Program-made: the position numbers and the translations under genes
Source: a virus
Taxonomy: Duplodnaviria; Caudoviricetes
Reading direction: 5' to 3' (one strand)
Length of the DNA stretch: 64,000 nt
IMG/VR virus record: IMGVR_UViG_3300021978_000001
Location: 32,001-96,000 of that record
The notes under the pieces: generated by a model
Told to the model about the DNA's origin: nothing
Seen by the model: the letters and a program-made list of their open reading frames with translations, nothing else
Database searches by the model: none
In this document: positions 36,228 to 46,900 of the stretch, one piece after another
How the letters are laid out: every line of letters starts with the position of its first letter
Position numbering within the stretch: position 1 is the first letter of the stretch

Positions 36228-36673
36228 GTCAAACGCTCCTCGCCTTCGCGGGTGAAGGGGTCGTCGATTTCCGTGATACGTGATTCTCGTGTCGCGTCAA
36301 GGCGTCGCTTGAGCGCCTCTTTCAATGCATCTGCATCAGGGCTGCTGTCGGGCGCTGTTTGAGGCGCTGGAGCCGCTGGAGGCGTCGGAGTTGTTTGAGG
36401 CGGCGCGGGAAGAGCAACAGGGAGACCCGCTTTCCCGGTGAGCCGCTGACGCAAAATGTCCGACAACGGTCCGGTGAACTTCTTGCCGAAGTTATACGCG
36501 AACAGGACAAGCAAGATTTCGTACATGGTGTTGGGGACTTGCTTGGCCACGCACCAAAACCAGATATGTGTTCCAAACACAATCCAGCACATGACACGGC
36601 CCATGCTCAGTTCCCCCTGTTCGATGATCACCGAACCCCAGCGAACATTGGCAATTTTTTCTCGGATGGTCAT
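36224..36673 (-). CDS. Holin-like two-TM membrane protein with Pro/Ala-rich and charged C-tail
   Basis: TM1 VMCWIVFGTHIWFWCV, TM2 YEILLVLFAYNFGKK; ATGA overlap with the kinase stop. Confidence 0.5.
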   Translation of the reverse strand: MTIREKIANVRWGSVIIEQGELSMGRVMCWIVFGTHIWFWCVAKQVPNTMYEILLVLFAYNFGKKFTGPLSDILRQRLTGKAGLPVALPAPPQTTPTPPAAPAPQTAPDSSPDADALKEALKRRLDATRESRITEIDDPFTREGEERLT

Positions 36674-37839
36674 GGCTCTTCCTTCGAGTCAGGGTTTGTG
36701 CGATAAGGGAGATGCAAATGCATGGTTGTTCCGATATTCAAAGCGCTCTCGACTTCGATCGAACCACCCGCCTCTCTAATGAACTGGTACACAAAGTAAC
36801 TACCAAGGCCGGAGCCTGCTTCGGGTCCTCGCGTCGTGAAATACGGAGCAAAGACCTGTCGCAAGGTCGCATCATCCATACCACAGCCGTTGTCCGCGAA
36901 AGAGAGCACGATGCAGTTGGCGTGGTGGATCTTATCACATTCGTGCGTGTGGATCGTGATGCACGCACCCTCTTCCTTGTGCTTGGTCGCACGGATCGAG
37001 TTGTCGAAGAGGTTGGTCAAGATCTGATACAGGCGTGGTTGAGATACATTCACGTATTTCCCTTGAGCAGCCTCGTTCAAGACCTCGTAGCGCCCTACAT
37101 AACGCTTGGTAGGCTCCACAAAACGCATGCTCTTGGTGTAGCTGTCGATCGCATGCCCGAGGTCGATGCGCGCCCCCGCTTCTTGGGACAGCTCTTTCAT
37201 CGGCGCCGTCATGTCGTTCAAGATCAGTGAAATCTTGGTGAGGGCCTCTTGTGCACCTTCGAGATGCTCTTCGAGTTCACCCGTCATCGTAATCAGGTCG
37301 ATGTATCCGCGCGCGGTCGCCAGGGGCGTCTTGAGTTCGTGGTTCAATCCAAAGAGCATGACCTGGAGCCTCTCTGCCCACTTGCGCTCTTCCTGTGCCT
37401 GAATCATGGTGTTGTCAAGGGCTTCCTGGATGAACATGAACATCGTCGTACCAAGTGCCTCGTGCCGGTAGTACCGAATCAGGTAGGGCTCATCATGCCC
37501 CTTGAGATAAATATCCCCGAACACCTTGGGCTGGGTAAACTCGCGCAAAGAAAAAAGTGCGTCGAGGATGCCATGGCTATCCTCGCGCACCAGGTCGTAC
37601 AGGTTCATCGAGAGAAGATCAGACTGGACGCAATTCAAGGTATCGAGCGCCTTGGTGTTCCCATGCAGAAGGTTACCCTCGAAATCCGTCTGGTACACAA
37701 TCGCTGCGTTATCTCTGTAACTCGCGAGGCGCCCGAGCGTATTTGCATGGTCAAGAAGCCGACGCCGCTCATGCTGCGTTTTGAATATGCTCACCCACTT
37801 GCGCCAGAAAGCCTGGAGCCGTGAAATCATCCTTCTCAT
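36670..37839 (-). CDS. PAS-domain sensor histidine kinase (cytoplasmic)
   Basis: PAS (VYQTDFEGNLLHGNTKA...), H-box LNHELKTPL, N-box ILTNLFDNS, G1 FADNGCGM, F-box FAPYFTT, G2 GSGLGS; GGAGG RBS at 37839. Confidence 0.93.
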   Translation of the reverse strand: MRRMISRLQAFWRKWVSIFKTQHERRRLLDHANTLGRLASYRDNAAIVYQTDFEGNLLHGNTKALDTLNCVQSDLLSMNLYDLVREDSHGILDALFSLREFTQPKVFGDIYLKGHDEPYLIRYYRHEALGTTMFMFIQEALDNTMIQAQEERKWAERLQVMLFGLNHELKTPLATARGYIDLITMTGELEEHLEGAQEALTKISLILNDMTAPMKELSQEAGARIDLGHAIDSYTKSMRFVEPTKRYVGRYEVLNEAAQGKYVNVSQPRLYQILTNLFDNSIRATKHKEEGACITIHTHECDKIHHANCIVLSFADNGCGMDDATLRQVFAPYFTTRGPEAGSGLGSYFVYQFIREAGGSIEVESALNIGTTMHLHLPYRTNPDSKEEP

Positions 37840-38152
37840 ACACTACCTCCCCCGTCCCGATCGCGGCGCGGTATTCGGGGCTTTGCGTGTGGCAGCCTGT
37901 AAGAAAGATGACCGGACACTCGAAGCCTTCCTCGCGCATCCACTCATAAAACTCGACTCCCCCTGTTCCGTTGATAATCAGGTCAATCACCACAAGGTCA
38001 GGGAGCGCCTCATCACTGAGGAGATGTTCCTTGGCCAGACGCACCGCGTGTGCTTTTTTTGTGCATACCACGACCTGATAAGTCGAACGCAGCGAAAGCA
38101 TGAGCATCCGTGCCATGGCCTCATCATCTTCGACAATCAAGACCCTTCTCAT
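37769..38152 (-). CDS. Single-domain response regulator (REC only)
   Basis: VLIVEDD, PDLVVIDL (phospho-Asp), VIFLTG, YEK; no output domain; TGATG coupling with the upstream gene. Confidence 0.9.
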   Translation of the reverse strand: MRRVLIVEDDEAMARMLMLSLRSTYQVVVCTKKAHAVRLAKEHLLSDEALPDLVVIDLIINGTGGVEFYEWMREEGFECPVIFLTGCHTQSPEYRAAIGTGEVVYEKDDFTAPGFLAQVGEHIQNAA

Positions 38153-38625
38153 CACTTGTGCTCCTCGCCTTTGACCTTGACCTCGCCCTGGGAGGAGGGA
38201 AGATCTTTCTTGTACTGCTTCTCTACTGCTTCTCCCGCCTTCTTGTCAGCGGTCAAGTATACATTATTCACGAAGACCGTCACCAACGTCGAGAGGATCA
38301 TCAAGAGCACCGGCCACAGCCACTTCAACGTGCGGATGGAACCATCCATGCGTTGAAGAATTGCCGTGTTCTCCTTGACCGCTTCCTGGACTTGCTTCAA
38401 GTCATCATCATTGCTGTCCAACGCCTCTTCCACCTTGTGGAGCTTCCCCGTCATCGCGATCTGGGCATCAGACACTTCATCGAGCCCGCGCGAAAACGAA
38501 TCCAGTCGCTTGAAGATTTGATCATCACGCGTCTTACGGATAGAGCGCTCCACGGTGTTTTGCTCACGGTCAGCCCGCTGGCGCTCTTCCAGGCGCACGA
38601 TACGTTCACGCAGATCGTCTGCCAT
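38152..38625 (-). CDS. Coiled-coil protein with C-terminal TM (XhlA/holin-accessory-like)
   Basis: LRERIVRLEERQ...coiled coil...LKWLWPVLLMILSTLVTVFV: the architecture typical of phage XhlA-like proteins. Confidence 0.55.
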   Translation of the reverse strand: MADDLRERIVRLEERQRADREQNTVERSIRKTRDDQIFKRLDSFSRGLDEVSDAQIAMTGKLHKVEEALDSNDDDLKQVQEAVKENTAILQRMDGSIRTLKWLWPVLLMILSTLVTVFVNNVYLTADKKAGEAVEKQYKKDLPSSQGEVKVKGEEHK

Positions 38626-38789
38626 CAGCCCCCTCCCTCACGCCGCAACAGCGCGCGAACTTGCTGGATCTCAGCCTGGAGCATGTCGGTCATTCCTTCA
38701 TGCGATGCTTTCACCTGGAGGTGCTTGAGACGCCCTTTGGCCCAACGCACGGCCTTCGCGCCTTTAAGCTGTTCTGCCTTGATTATCAT
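38625..38789 (-). CDS. Small basic protein (54 aa), absent from the ORF track
   Basis: MIIKAEQLKGAKAVRWAKGRLKHLQVKASHEGMTDMLQAEIQQVRALLRREGGG; GGAGG RBS and TGATG overlap with the next gene. Confidence 0.7.
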   Translation of the reverse strand: MIIKAEQLKGAKAVRWAKGRLKHLQVKASHEGMTDMLQAEIQQVRALLRREGGG

Positions 38790-38814
38790 CTCTTACTCCT
38801 CCAGGTGCGTCCGT

Positions 38815-41800
38815 TCAGGGGCATACACAAGGGTCAACACCAGGCAACGAGGGGTCCCTCGCGGGGAATACGTCCACCTGATCAGGTGTGATCAAACGAC
38901 GCGCGCCTTTCACCAGGGGCCTTCCTTCAACACGGTAACGGTCTACCGCATTGCGTCCTTCACCCAGACCAGTGGGGTGCGTCTGTAGTACGAGGTCTAC
39001 AAACTCTTTACTGAGCGCGCCCGTGGAAACATCAAGATCCTTGCCAAGTTGCAGCCCTGTCGCGACCACGATCTGAAGCTCTTCACCATACGTGGCCTCA
39101 CGGTCACTGGTCGTGACAAGCTCCTTTTGTGTGCGCACGAGAAGCGCGACTCCGAGCATCACACCCCCATGCATCGAGAGGTCTTGCGTGCGAGGGCTCG
39201 TGACATAAGACAGATCCTTACTCACGCGTGGTCCTGTCAAGGCGAAGGCGCCTCCTGGGTTGCGTCCCGACGCCACGGCTGCCGTGCCTCCACGGTAGGT
39301 GCGGTACAGGTTAAAGCTCGGGTCGTAGCCCGTGAGCGCTGCCGACCCTGCGGCGGTACCATCCGAGACCAGAAGCGCGCCCTCCATGAAGGATTTGGAC
39401 AGGGGATAATCCTGACGGTAGTCTCCAGGGACATCCATCGAGAGCGAAGGCACCCAGAAGCGCTCATACGCCTCCCCAAGACCTTCCGCGAGGAATTGCG
39501 CGTCTGAGGTCAAAAGACCCATGGGGAGCCTCTCTGTGGCTCCCAGCAGCGTCTCTCCGACCACCCTCGCAATAGGTGTGGTCCCTGCGGGTGCAGGGTG
39601 AGCACGCACGCGCGCCGGGCGCGGAGCATCCGTCAAGTCCGTAAACGGGTAGTCCGCCAACGTGAGGTAGCCGACATCTGTATACGAGCCGGGGACCACG
39701 GGTCCAGCGATGGCGCCTGTACCGAGCGTGGTCGCGAAAGGCATCGCCGCCAGGATCTCGACGACGGCGCCATTTTCGACGCGTGCATCTGCGGGGTCCG
39801 TAAACGGCGTGGCCAGTTGCAGGACCTCGGTAGGCGTCTCTGCGGTACGCTTTGGCACGTAGTCTACAAACTCCACCGAAGCGGTGTCTGTCGTCGAGAT
39901 GGGCATCGTCCCATAAATCGCGCCCTGATAAGGCACGCGTGTCGAGACCACCGAGAGCTGATCACCTGCTTCGCTCGGACCAGGCACGAACACCTGATAA
40001 CTTTGACCTGCGACACCTGCGGCGGCGAGGCGGTGAATACGCGTGTACTCTGCCTGCCAATCATCAAAGAAGAACGCCGCGAACTCGAACACCAGCGGGG
40101 TGTTCTCCAGGTTTACCGTCAAGTAGCTCTGGTCGAGGACATCTTCTGGGATCACAAACGTGTTGTCTGCGGTGATGATCAAGCTGCGACGCTCACCATC
40201 CTCCCGCAAGAGATTATCCCGTCCAATACCTGCATCAGTACGATAAGGTGCAGTGACGGTCGGGGCAAAGTTCGAGACACCAGGCGAGATGTTGTAGAAG
40301 TCGTCCTGGTGGTAGATCGCAAAGAGACGCGCGATACCATAGTTAGCGGGGATCTCGATGCCGCGCACACCCCCTTGGTTGTAGTAGCGACACACGAGCG
40401 CGTTCGTGCCTCCAGGTCCTCCGCCGACCGCCGAAAGGTCAGGGTAGGTTCCGAAGTCCGAGCTGGTCAAGTTGACCGGATCGTATACCGCGACCAGACG
40501 TTGCTGGACAAACGGCGCGTTGACGTTCTGTGATCCCGAGAGCAAGAGATGGTTGATCCCGTAAGCAGGCGCGGTAGAGTTCGCGCTCCCTGCGGCCATG
40601 CTGGTCACGAAGGGCACATCATGGCGACCGAGACCACCACGAATCTCACGAGGGATCAACAAGGAGTCCGAAGCAACTCCGAGGTTGAACAGGCTCGTCA
40701 CATCCGTGTAGCTCCGCGCAGAGGGAACCGGCTGGGGATCGAGACGCATCGAGATGTTGCGCATCGGCTGGTAAATCAGCGTCTTGCTGCCAGGGTCCAC
40801 ATAAGCCTCGCCCCAGACTGTCTCGGTGTTGAACAGCGTCTCACCATCGCGCGGCACGAACTCATCATGACGCTTGTGAGGGAACGCCGATGCAGGCAGC
40901 GCAGGTGAGCGCTTGACTGTAGCAGCAGGCGAAGAGACCACGTTCTCGAAGTCATCCTCACGCAAGTAGTTGGAAGGGGTCGCAGCATCCAGATCCACAT
41001 ACAATCCACGCTCGGGAGCGCGCGCCAAACCGGAGAGCGGATGGTACAACAAATCGTAAGACAGGTAAAGCGCCGTGTCTGTTCCCACTGCTGCGGTCGA
41101 TGCAAGAGCGATGAAGACCTGATCATCCTGCTCCGAGCAGGCTTCGAGGTACAAGCCCCATGTACGGTTGGTCGTCGTGGCGGTGTCGAACACCGGCTCG
41201 GTTCCATCTGGGTTCGTGACCACGAGGTAACCATTGGCATCCACACCCACCACCTTGAACGCCCCATGGTTCTCGGGTTGCGTCGCGGTAGGATCATCTC
41301 CAGGCGTGAGCAAGAGGTAAGCGCCCGCGTCCACGATGGTCGCGGCATCGGCGGTGAAGTCCAGACCCACGTTTACCGAGGAACCACTCGCGGCTCCAGG
41401 CACCACAGCGAGCGTGGTGTTCGTGAATGCGACATCTGCCTGACCCGAACTCGCGACCGCGAGGTCTGTCAAGGGTGTCCCCAATACCACAAAGTGTGGG
41501 TCCGCATCCCCTTGTGCGATGGTCAACGCTTCTTGCTTGGCGGGGTCTGCGCTCTCGGGGTCCGTGTCGCCAAACCACAGCTTGAAAGTCGCGTGATCGG
41601 TGTCATCATACTCGAAGGGGTGTACGAAACGCACCTTCTCATCGTTTGCCGAAGAAAAGGTGTTGCGGTACTGGTCGAGCGCGATCGAGATCACATCCCC
41701 GGTGTTCCAATCTTCCGCATTGGCGGCGTCCTGGCGAAAAATATCCACGGCAGGGTTAAAGGGGAGATCTGTCGCATCTTGTGTCGCGCCGTTGGTCCCG

Positions 41801-43251
41801 AGCACCACGAGGTTTTCAGGCTGCAAGGCACACGCGTCCGAGAAGATCTTGCGAAACCCATCAGGCGCGTCCCCCTTGATCTGGAAGTCTGGCGCGACCG
41901 CCGCAGCGCCGATGTAGTCTACCTGGAAATGACGCGTGCCCTTGACACCCGCCGAAGATTTCTTCCAGGCGGTAGACAGTTCCCCCTTGACCAACTTGTT
42001 GAAGTTGTGCGCGAGCAAGCTGTTGAAGTCCACCGGACCGAGGCTCACCATGTGGCGAAGGTCATAGATGTCATCAGGCGTGATCTGGTCCGCGAACAAC
42101 CCGAGCGGGTGCCCCGTCACGAACTCCACGGTTGCACCTGTATCATGGTTGCTCTCTGCGGTGTTCTTGGAGCCACGCTCGCTCAAGGTGATGGTGTTTC
42201 CGACATACGAGCTGTATGTCATGATCTCACCATCGACCCGCAAGAGTCCGCCTGCGGGGTCGAACGTGGTCGCGCTCTGCGCTGTATCCACCGCGAGCGT
42301 CGTGGCGTCTGTGTCCACATCAGCCGTGAGCGTGATGGTAGGCAACACGGTCGCCTGGCTGCGGTCCGTCATATCAGGGAAGCGGTTGAATGCTCCTGCT
42401 TGCTGGAGCGCTGACCACGACTGCGTGGAGCGGCGAAAGACAAAGCACACGGGGATCGCGTACACGTACCCATCCACGGTCCCGAGGAGCCCGTTGGCAC
42501 CATCACCATCACCCGCACGCCACAAGCCGGGGTCACCGAGATTCTCACCCTGGTTGGTGAAGGTGTAGAGCGGGTTTACCGATGTCGTGGGTGTTGCGAG
42601 GGTACCCTGTGCCTTGACCTGAGCGTTGAAGCCAAAAGGATTGAGCGCGGGGTTCACCGCAGATACCACGCGCAAGCGATACTGGATCTGTACCCGTTCT
42701 GTCGTCTCGATACCGATAGCAGGGTCGATGAAATCCATGGTGGGGTTGGTCCCACCATACTCCACGTTCCCGTAAGCCCATACGGTGTCTTGCGAAGGCT
42801 TGTTGGCCGTGCCATCAGGAGAGAGCTGCGCTTTCCATACTTCCAGGAAAACAAAGTTGACATCGGCGTCTGTCGTGGTTGCCTGGGGAGGTGGCAACGT
42901 GATTGCGTTACGCGAGTCCGTCGAGTTGGTCCCGAGCAACGGAATCAACCATCCGTTGACGTTTGCCCAAACCACATCACCCTCGGTATCCGAGAGGTTC
43001 TTGCCGAGCCAAAAGAGGTTGGAGGCTTGACGCGCGGTCTGGTAGTCATCGCGCGCACGAACCGCATCCCCCACAAACCCCGAAGGGATGTTGGCAGAGA
43101 GCAACGCCTGACGCGCGCTCTCGGACACCTGAGAGATCAGGTTAAGCTCCGAGTCGAGCGGGGGCCTGTTCTGTTGGAACACCGTCGTCACAAAGTTTCG
43201 TGCGGCGGGGGTCAGCGTCCGGGAAACGCCATCTCCGAGGTGGTCACTCAT
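38815..43251 (-). CDS. Large virion structural / tail protein (1478 aa; N-terminus paralogous to 50341-52926)
   Basis: VFQQNRPPLDSELNL (DUF4815/DUF6519-like N-terminus); acidic, Thr/Gly-rich beta composition; in the structural operon. Confidence 0.7.
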   Translation of the reverse strand: MSDHLGDGVSRTLTPAARNFVTTVFQQNRPPLDSELNLISQVSESARQALLSANIPSGFVGDAVRARDDYQTARQASNLFWLGKNLSDTEGDVVWANVNGWLIPLLGTNSTDSRNAITLPPPQATTTDADVNFVFLEVWKAQLSPDGTANKPSQDTVWAYGNVEYGGTNPTMDFIDPAIGIETTERVQIQYRLRVVSAVNPALNPFGFNAQVKAQGTLATPTTSVNPLYTFTNQGENLGDPGLWRAGDGDGANGLLGTVDGYVYAIPVCFVFRRSTQSWSALQQAGAFNRFPDMTDRSQATVLPTITLTADVDTDATTLAVDTAQSATTFDPAGGLLRVDGEIMTYSSYVGNTITLSERGSKNTAESNHDTGATVEFVTGHPLGLFADQITPDDIYDLRHMVSLGPVDFNSLLAHNFNKLVKGELSTAWKKSSAGVKGTRHFQVDYIGAAAVAPDFQIKGDAPDGFRKIFSDACALQPENLVVLGTNGATQDATDLPFNPAVDIFRQDAANAEDWNTGDVISIALDQYRNTFSSANDEKVRFVHPFEYDDTDHATFKLWFGDTDPESADPAKQEALTIAQGDADPHFVVLGTPLTDLAVASSGQADVAFTNTTLAVVPGAASGSSVNVGLDFTADAATIVDAGAYLLLTPGDDPTATQPENHGAFKVVGVDANGYLVVTNPDGTEPVFDTATTTNRTWGLYLEACSEQDDQVFIALASTAAVGTDTALYLSYDLLYHPLSGLARAPERGLYVDLDAATPSNYLREDDFENVVSSPAATVKRSPALPASAFPHKRHDEFVPRDGETLFNTETVWGEAYVDPGSKTLIYQPMRNISMRLDPQPVPSARSYTDVTSLFNLGVASDSLLIPREIRGGLGRHDVPFVTSMAAGSANSTAPAYGINHLLLSGSQNVNAPFVQQRLVAVYDPVNLTSSDFGTYPDLSAVGGGPGGTNALVCRYYNQGGVRGIEIPANYGIARLFAIYHQDDFYNISPGVSNFAPTVTAPYRTDAGIGRDNLLREDGERRSLIITADNTFVIPEDVLDQSYLTVNLENTPLVFEFAAFFFDDWQAEYTRIHRLAAAGVAGQSYQVFVPGPSEAGDQLSVVSTRVPYQGAIYGTMPISTTDTASVEFVDYVPKRTAETPTEVLQLATPFTDPADARVENGAVVEILAAMPFATTLGTGAIAGPVVPGSYTDVGYLTLADYPFTDLTDAPRPARVRAHPAPAGTTPIARVVGETLLGATERLPMGLLTSDAQFLAEGLGEAYERFWVPSLSMDVPGDYRQDYPLSKSFMEGALLVSDGTAAGSAALTGYDPSFNLYRTYRGGTAAVASGRNPGGAFALTGPRVSKDLSYVTSPRTQDLSMHGGVMLGVALLVRTQKELVTTSDREATYGEELQIVVATGLQLGKDLDVSTGALSKEFVDLVLQTHPTGLGEGRNAVDRYRVEGRPLVKGARRLITPDQVDVFPARDPSLPGVDPCVCP

Positions 43252-43295
43252 GTCTATCTCTCAAGTGGTAAGGATTCTATATCTCAAGCGGTCAT

Positions 43296-43922
43296 TCAGT
43301 ACAACACTGCGACCGATCCGAGGTAGTAGCGCTGGCTCAAGCTGGTGTTCTCGAAGCGTACACGCAACTGGTTCCCGAGACCGGCAAGGGTCGAGGGAAT
43401 CAGGTGGGACACTTGAGTGTAGGTGGCACCATCATCATTGGAAATAAAAGCATCAACAAGATCCGGGTCCACGCGCTCGTAGACCACTTGTGTGGTGCGC
43501 GTTCCTGTCCTCGTGATACGATAGAGATCCCAATACACCGCGAAGTCATCGAAGACGCCGCCTGCCGAGACATCAATCGTGTCTGTCTGGAGACGCCCCG
43601 GGACCGCGAGGTCTCCGTTGTAGTTTTCAACATAGGCGGTATACGCGCCCACGCCCGCACGAATATCAGGGTCCGTCAGGTCCCAGACACTCTCCGATGC
43701 AAGATCATCGAACCATACGTTCGAGTACCTCGGTGCGGACGCCAGCAGGGCAGCGAACTTCTGGTCCCGCAGATTCACGGCGCCAAAGCCATCCACTCCT
43801 TCATCAATCGCCAGGTTCTCCGGTACATCGATGACACGGAATCCCTGCGTCGCGACGCTACTCAAGCGAGCATAGCTGGCCTTGATTTGATTGGATACCC
43901 TGTCGATCAGGTAAAAAGGCAT
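43296..43922 (-). CDS. Putative structural protein (208 aa)
   Basis: In-operon, beta-rich C-terminal domain. Confidence 0.6.
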   Translation of the reverse strand: MPFYLIDRVSNQIKASYARLSSVATQGFRVIDVPENLAIDEGVDGFGAVNLRDQKFAALLASAPRYSNVWFDDLASESVWDLTDPDIRAGVGAYTAYVENYNGDLAVPGRLQTDTIDVSAGGVFDDFAVYWDLYRITRTGTRTTQVVYERVDPDLVDAFISNDDGATYTQVSHLIPSTLAGLGNQLRVRFENTSLSQRYYLGSVAVLY

Positions 43923-43931
43923 GTCACTTCC

Positions 43932-46900
43932 TTATGCGAAGTTGTTGTAGGTGTCCTGATCTACCGCCAAGGGCAAGAGATCGGTGACGCCTGCGCCGAT
44001 GGTAAAGTTGGTCGAACCACCCGAGTTGATCGCCGTGTTGCTAAAGAGCGTCGCGACTGCGTTGTTATCCCCCACGACAATCGCGCCCGAGTCTGTCCCG
44101 CTGACATAGTAGTTGCGGAACAAGCTGCCCGTGACGACAAGACGCCGTGGCGTAGCTCCCACCTCATCTTCAGTATAAATGCCATAGTCGCCTTCATACA
44201 ACGTCCCGGCAGCGATCCCAGTGGAGTGAGCGAAGCGACACCCTGTGACGATCACGCTCTCGGTCTCTCCCGTGATGCGGATCGCAGCGTTGGTGTTGTG
44301 GGTGAAATCACAATTCGAGAGTGTCACCTTGGGCTCGGTGTTCAAGCCAACGCCCCCCTCCTCGAACAGCATGATCTCACGCGTCAAGACATTGAGCGCG
44401 GTGCCATCGTTTCCAGGACGCAAGGCCGTGAAGTTGATCGTTGATTCCCCCATCACCAGGCTACCGCCCGTGATCTGAATCAATCGATCCGCGAACGCTA
44501 CCGTAGGTGAGTAGAGCATGGTCACGCCATGCATGGTCGTGGTGCATGTCGTCAGCAACAAACGCCCGGCAAACTCCGAGCCTGTCATCGTGATGGTCCC
44601 CGAGGTCATCTGCAACTCGGGATGGATCGAGGTTCCTCCTCCCGTGAGACCTTCACTCACAAAGCGCGAGTTGGAGATGTTCACTTGAGAGCCGTTTCCT
44701 CCCGAGAGCACCAGGACGTTCTCTGCGTAGGTGTTCTCGAACGAGAGCACCGCTTCCAATCCAGGGAGGAAGTTGAACGAAGAGGTATCCTGGCGCACAT
44801 CAAAGATCTGGCAATCCGAGAAGCTCACCTCTGCGTACTGGAGCGCCGTGCCCGCGAAGTCGTCGATGATGAGCTGGTCATTGCGGTAGCTAAAGCGCGT
44901 CCCCTCTGCCGAGAAGAACAGCTTCGCGCTCGCGCCGGTGCGTGCCACAAACCCGGAATCCTCGGAAAGTACGATGTCACACTGCGTGAAGCGCAACGCA
45001 GGGCCTACCGTGGAGGCATCCACACAGGATACGAGCGGCTGCTCGCCCTCCACCGCAATGAACGAATTGCGCGCTTGCACACTTGACCCTGCACCGTAAA
45101 GTACGATAGCAGGTTCGCGCCCCACGGTCTGATTCCTGGCGAAGAGCACGGAATCCTCGACAATGAGTTTGCTACCTGCGGCGGAGAACTCCACGAGGCG
45201 CTTGATGTCCGGGCTCGTCATCCTCACGCGCCGAAACTCCACGAGCGTCAACGCACTGACAAACGTTTCGATGTCATCGGTAGACTGAATCGTGAGGTCC
45301 TCGAACAAGATCTTGTCAGACGCCGTGGCACCGAGGTTGCGGAACATGTCCGGCGCGGTACCACCTGCCTGTGTACCGAAGTTATCGGTCGAGAGCGTTC
45401 CATTACGAATCGTGACATTGAACGCGCTCGTCGCGCTCCCTGCTGCCAGGCCATCTGACTGACCGAAAGCGAAAGGTCCTGTGCCCGCGCCTCCCGTGTA
45501 CTGTTCTACAGCGAGCGTATGCCCCCCGAGATCGAGGACGGTGTTGGAGGGGATGTACACGACATCGCCCGCAGGCTCGGTCAAGGTGAAGTTTTCGAGG
45601 AGCTTGACGACGAACGCCCCGTCCGGGTTGGTGATCGTCGTGTTCCTGAGCGCGACATAAGCCATCGCGCCCTTGAGCGTTCGGAACATCCCGTTGGCGC
45701 CCACCGTGATGACGTTGGCTTCGAGCTGCTTGTTGGCGTAGCGTCGAATGTCATACAAGTCCTCTGTTGTGATCGAAACGCCATCCCAATCCACTTGCAC
45801 CAGGGGAACGCCCGCGCCCGCGCCCGTCTCGAAGAGAGGATCGAAGGCACCGTCTGTAGAGTCGATCACCGCGAGCGCATACGTCTCGTAACTGAAGTAG
45901 ATGTAGTACGTGCCCACCGGATCACCCGAGAACTCGAACTGAGCCGCTGGCGCCGTACTGATCACCGTACCGCGAAGGTCCGTGAAGTTCGGGTGCTTGA
46001 CCACTGCCTGGGTCACATCGACCCGTGTCGCGGTCCCGAGGCTCGCCACCCCGCCCGAGATAACAAACTTCGGGTAGGTCTCGTTGGTCACCTGCGAGGC
46101 CCCACGCAAGCTCGCATCATAGGGTACACTGCGGCCAGAGGTGCCGCCCGAGAGCCGTACATCCTCGACATCCGATTCGATCTCTTGCGAGGCTGTATCA
46201 TAGCCCCACTCGCGCTCGATGCTCCCATCAAACGCGACTTCCTGGATGATGTTGTACGGCGTGGTTTCGGTGTCCACAGGGATACCGAACCCTGCATGCG
46301 CGTTGCCCGAGCCAAAGAACAGGTCTCCTGTAGCTTCAAAACGCAAGCGCGTTCCTGTCGCGTCGGTCACCGCGTCCACATTGAACGTCTGAGCGCTCAA
46401 GCCGAGCGCTCCCTCTGCGGCGGTGTATGCAGCTTCGAGGGAGGCCGCAAGCGTCGCGGCAGCAGGAGCAGGACCGGCTGCTTGCGTGTAGCCGAAAGGT
46501 ACACCGTTAGCAGTAATCTCGAAGACATCGTTGGCGCCGCCCACGACCACGGGCCAGGTGGACTCGTATGCCGAGAACGCGCGCTTGCGTCCCTCGGTCA
46601 CGCGCCATTCATACTGGCTGTCCGTATCCTGGGAAGGGTCGAGCTTTGGACGCAGGGTGATTCCCAGCGTCCGTGCGCTCTGGCTGTTGTAGAGACCCAT
46701 GGTCAACGCGGTGCGTCCGAGACGACGTGAATCGACCCCGAGGCTGCGCGCTTCGAGCGTGGCGCCCTGGCTGTTGGCGACTGTCGATCCCGACTCGATC
46801 TGGAGCTGCTCGTTGCTCGACTGACCGTGATAAATCGAATCGCCTTCGGTGCTCGGGAGCTGGACCGTCAATCCCTGCTCCCCTACATCGAGGCTGACCT

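Noticed and set aside
15228-38155. Possibility that infA, phoH and the two-component genes indicate a bacterial chromosome
   Set aside because: They are embedded among phage cassettes and coupled to phage structural and replication genes with the same promoter motifs; no ribosomal or housekeeping operon context.
35018-38789. Definitive lysis module call
   Set aside because: No endolysin is recognisable in the window, so the holin and spanin labels stay tentative.
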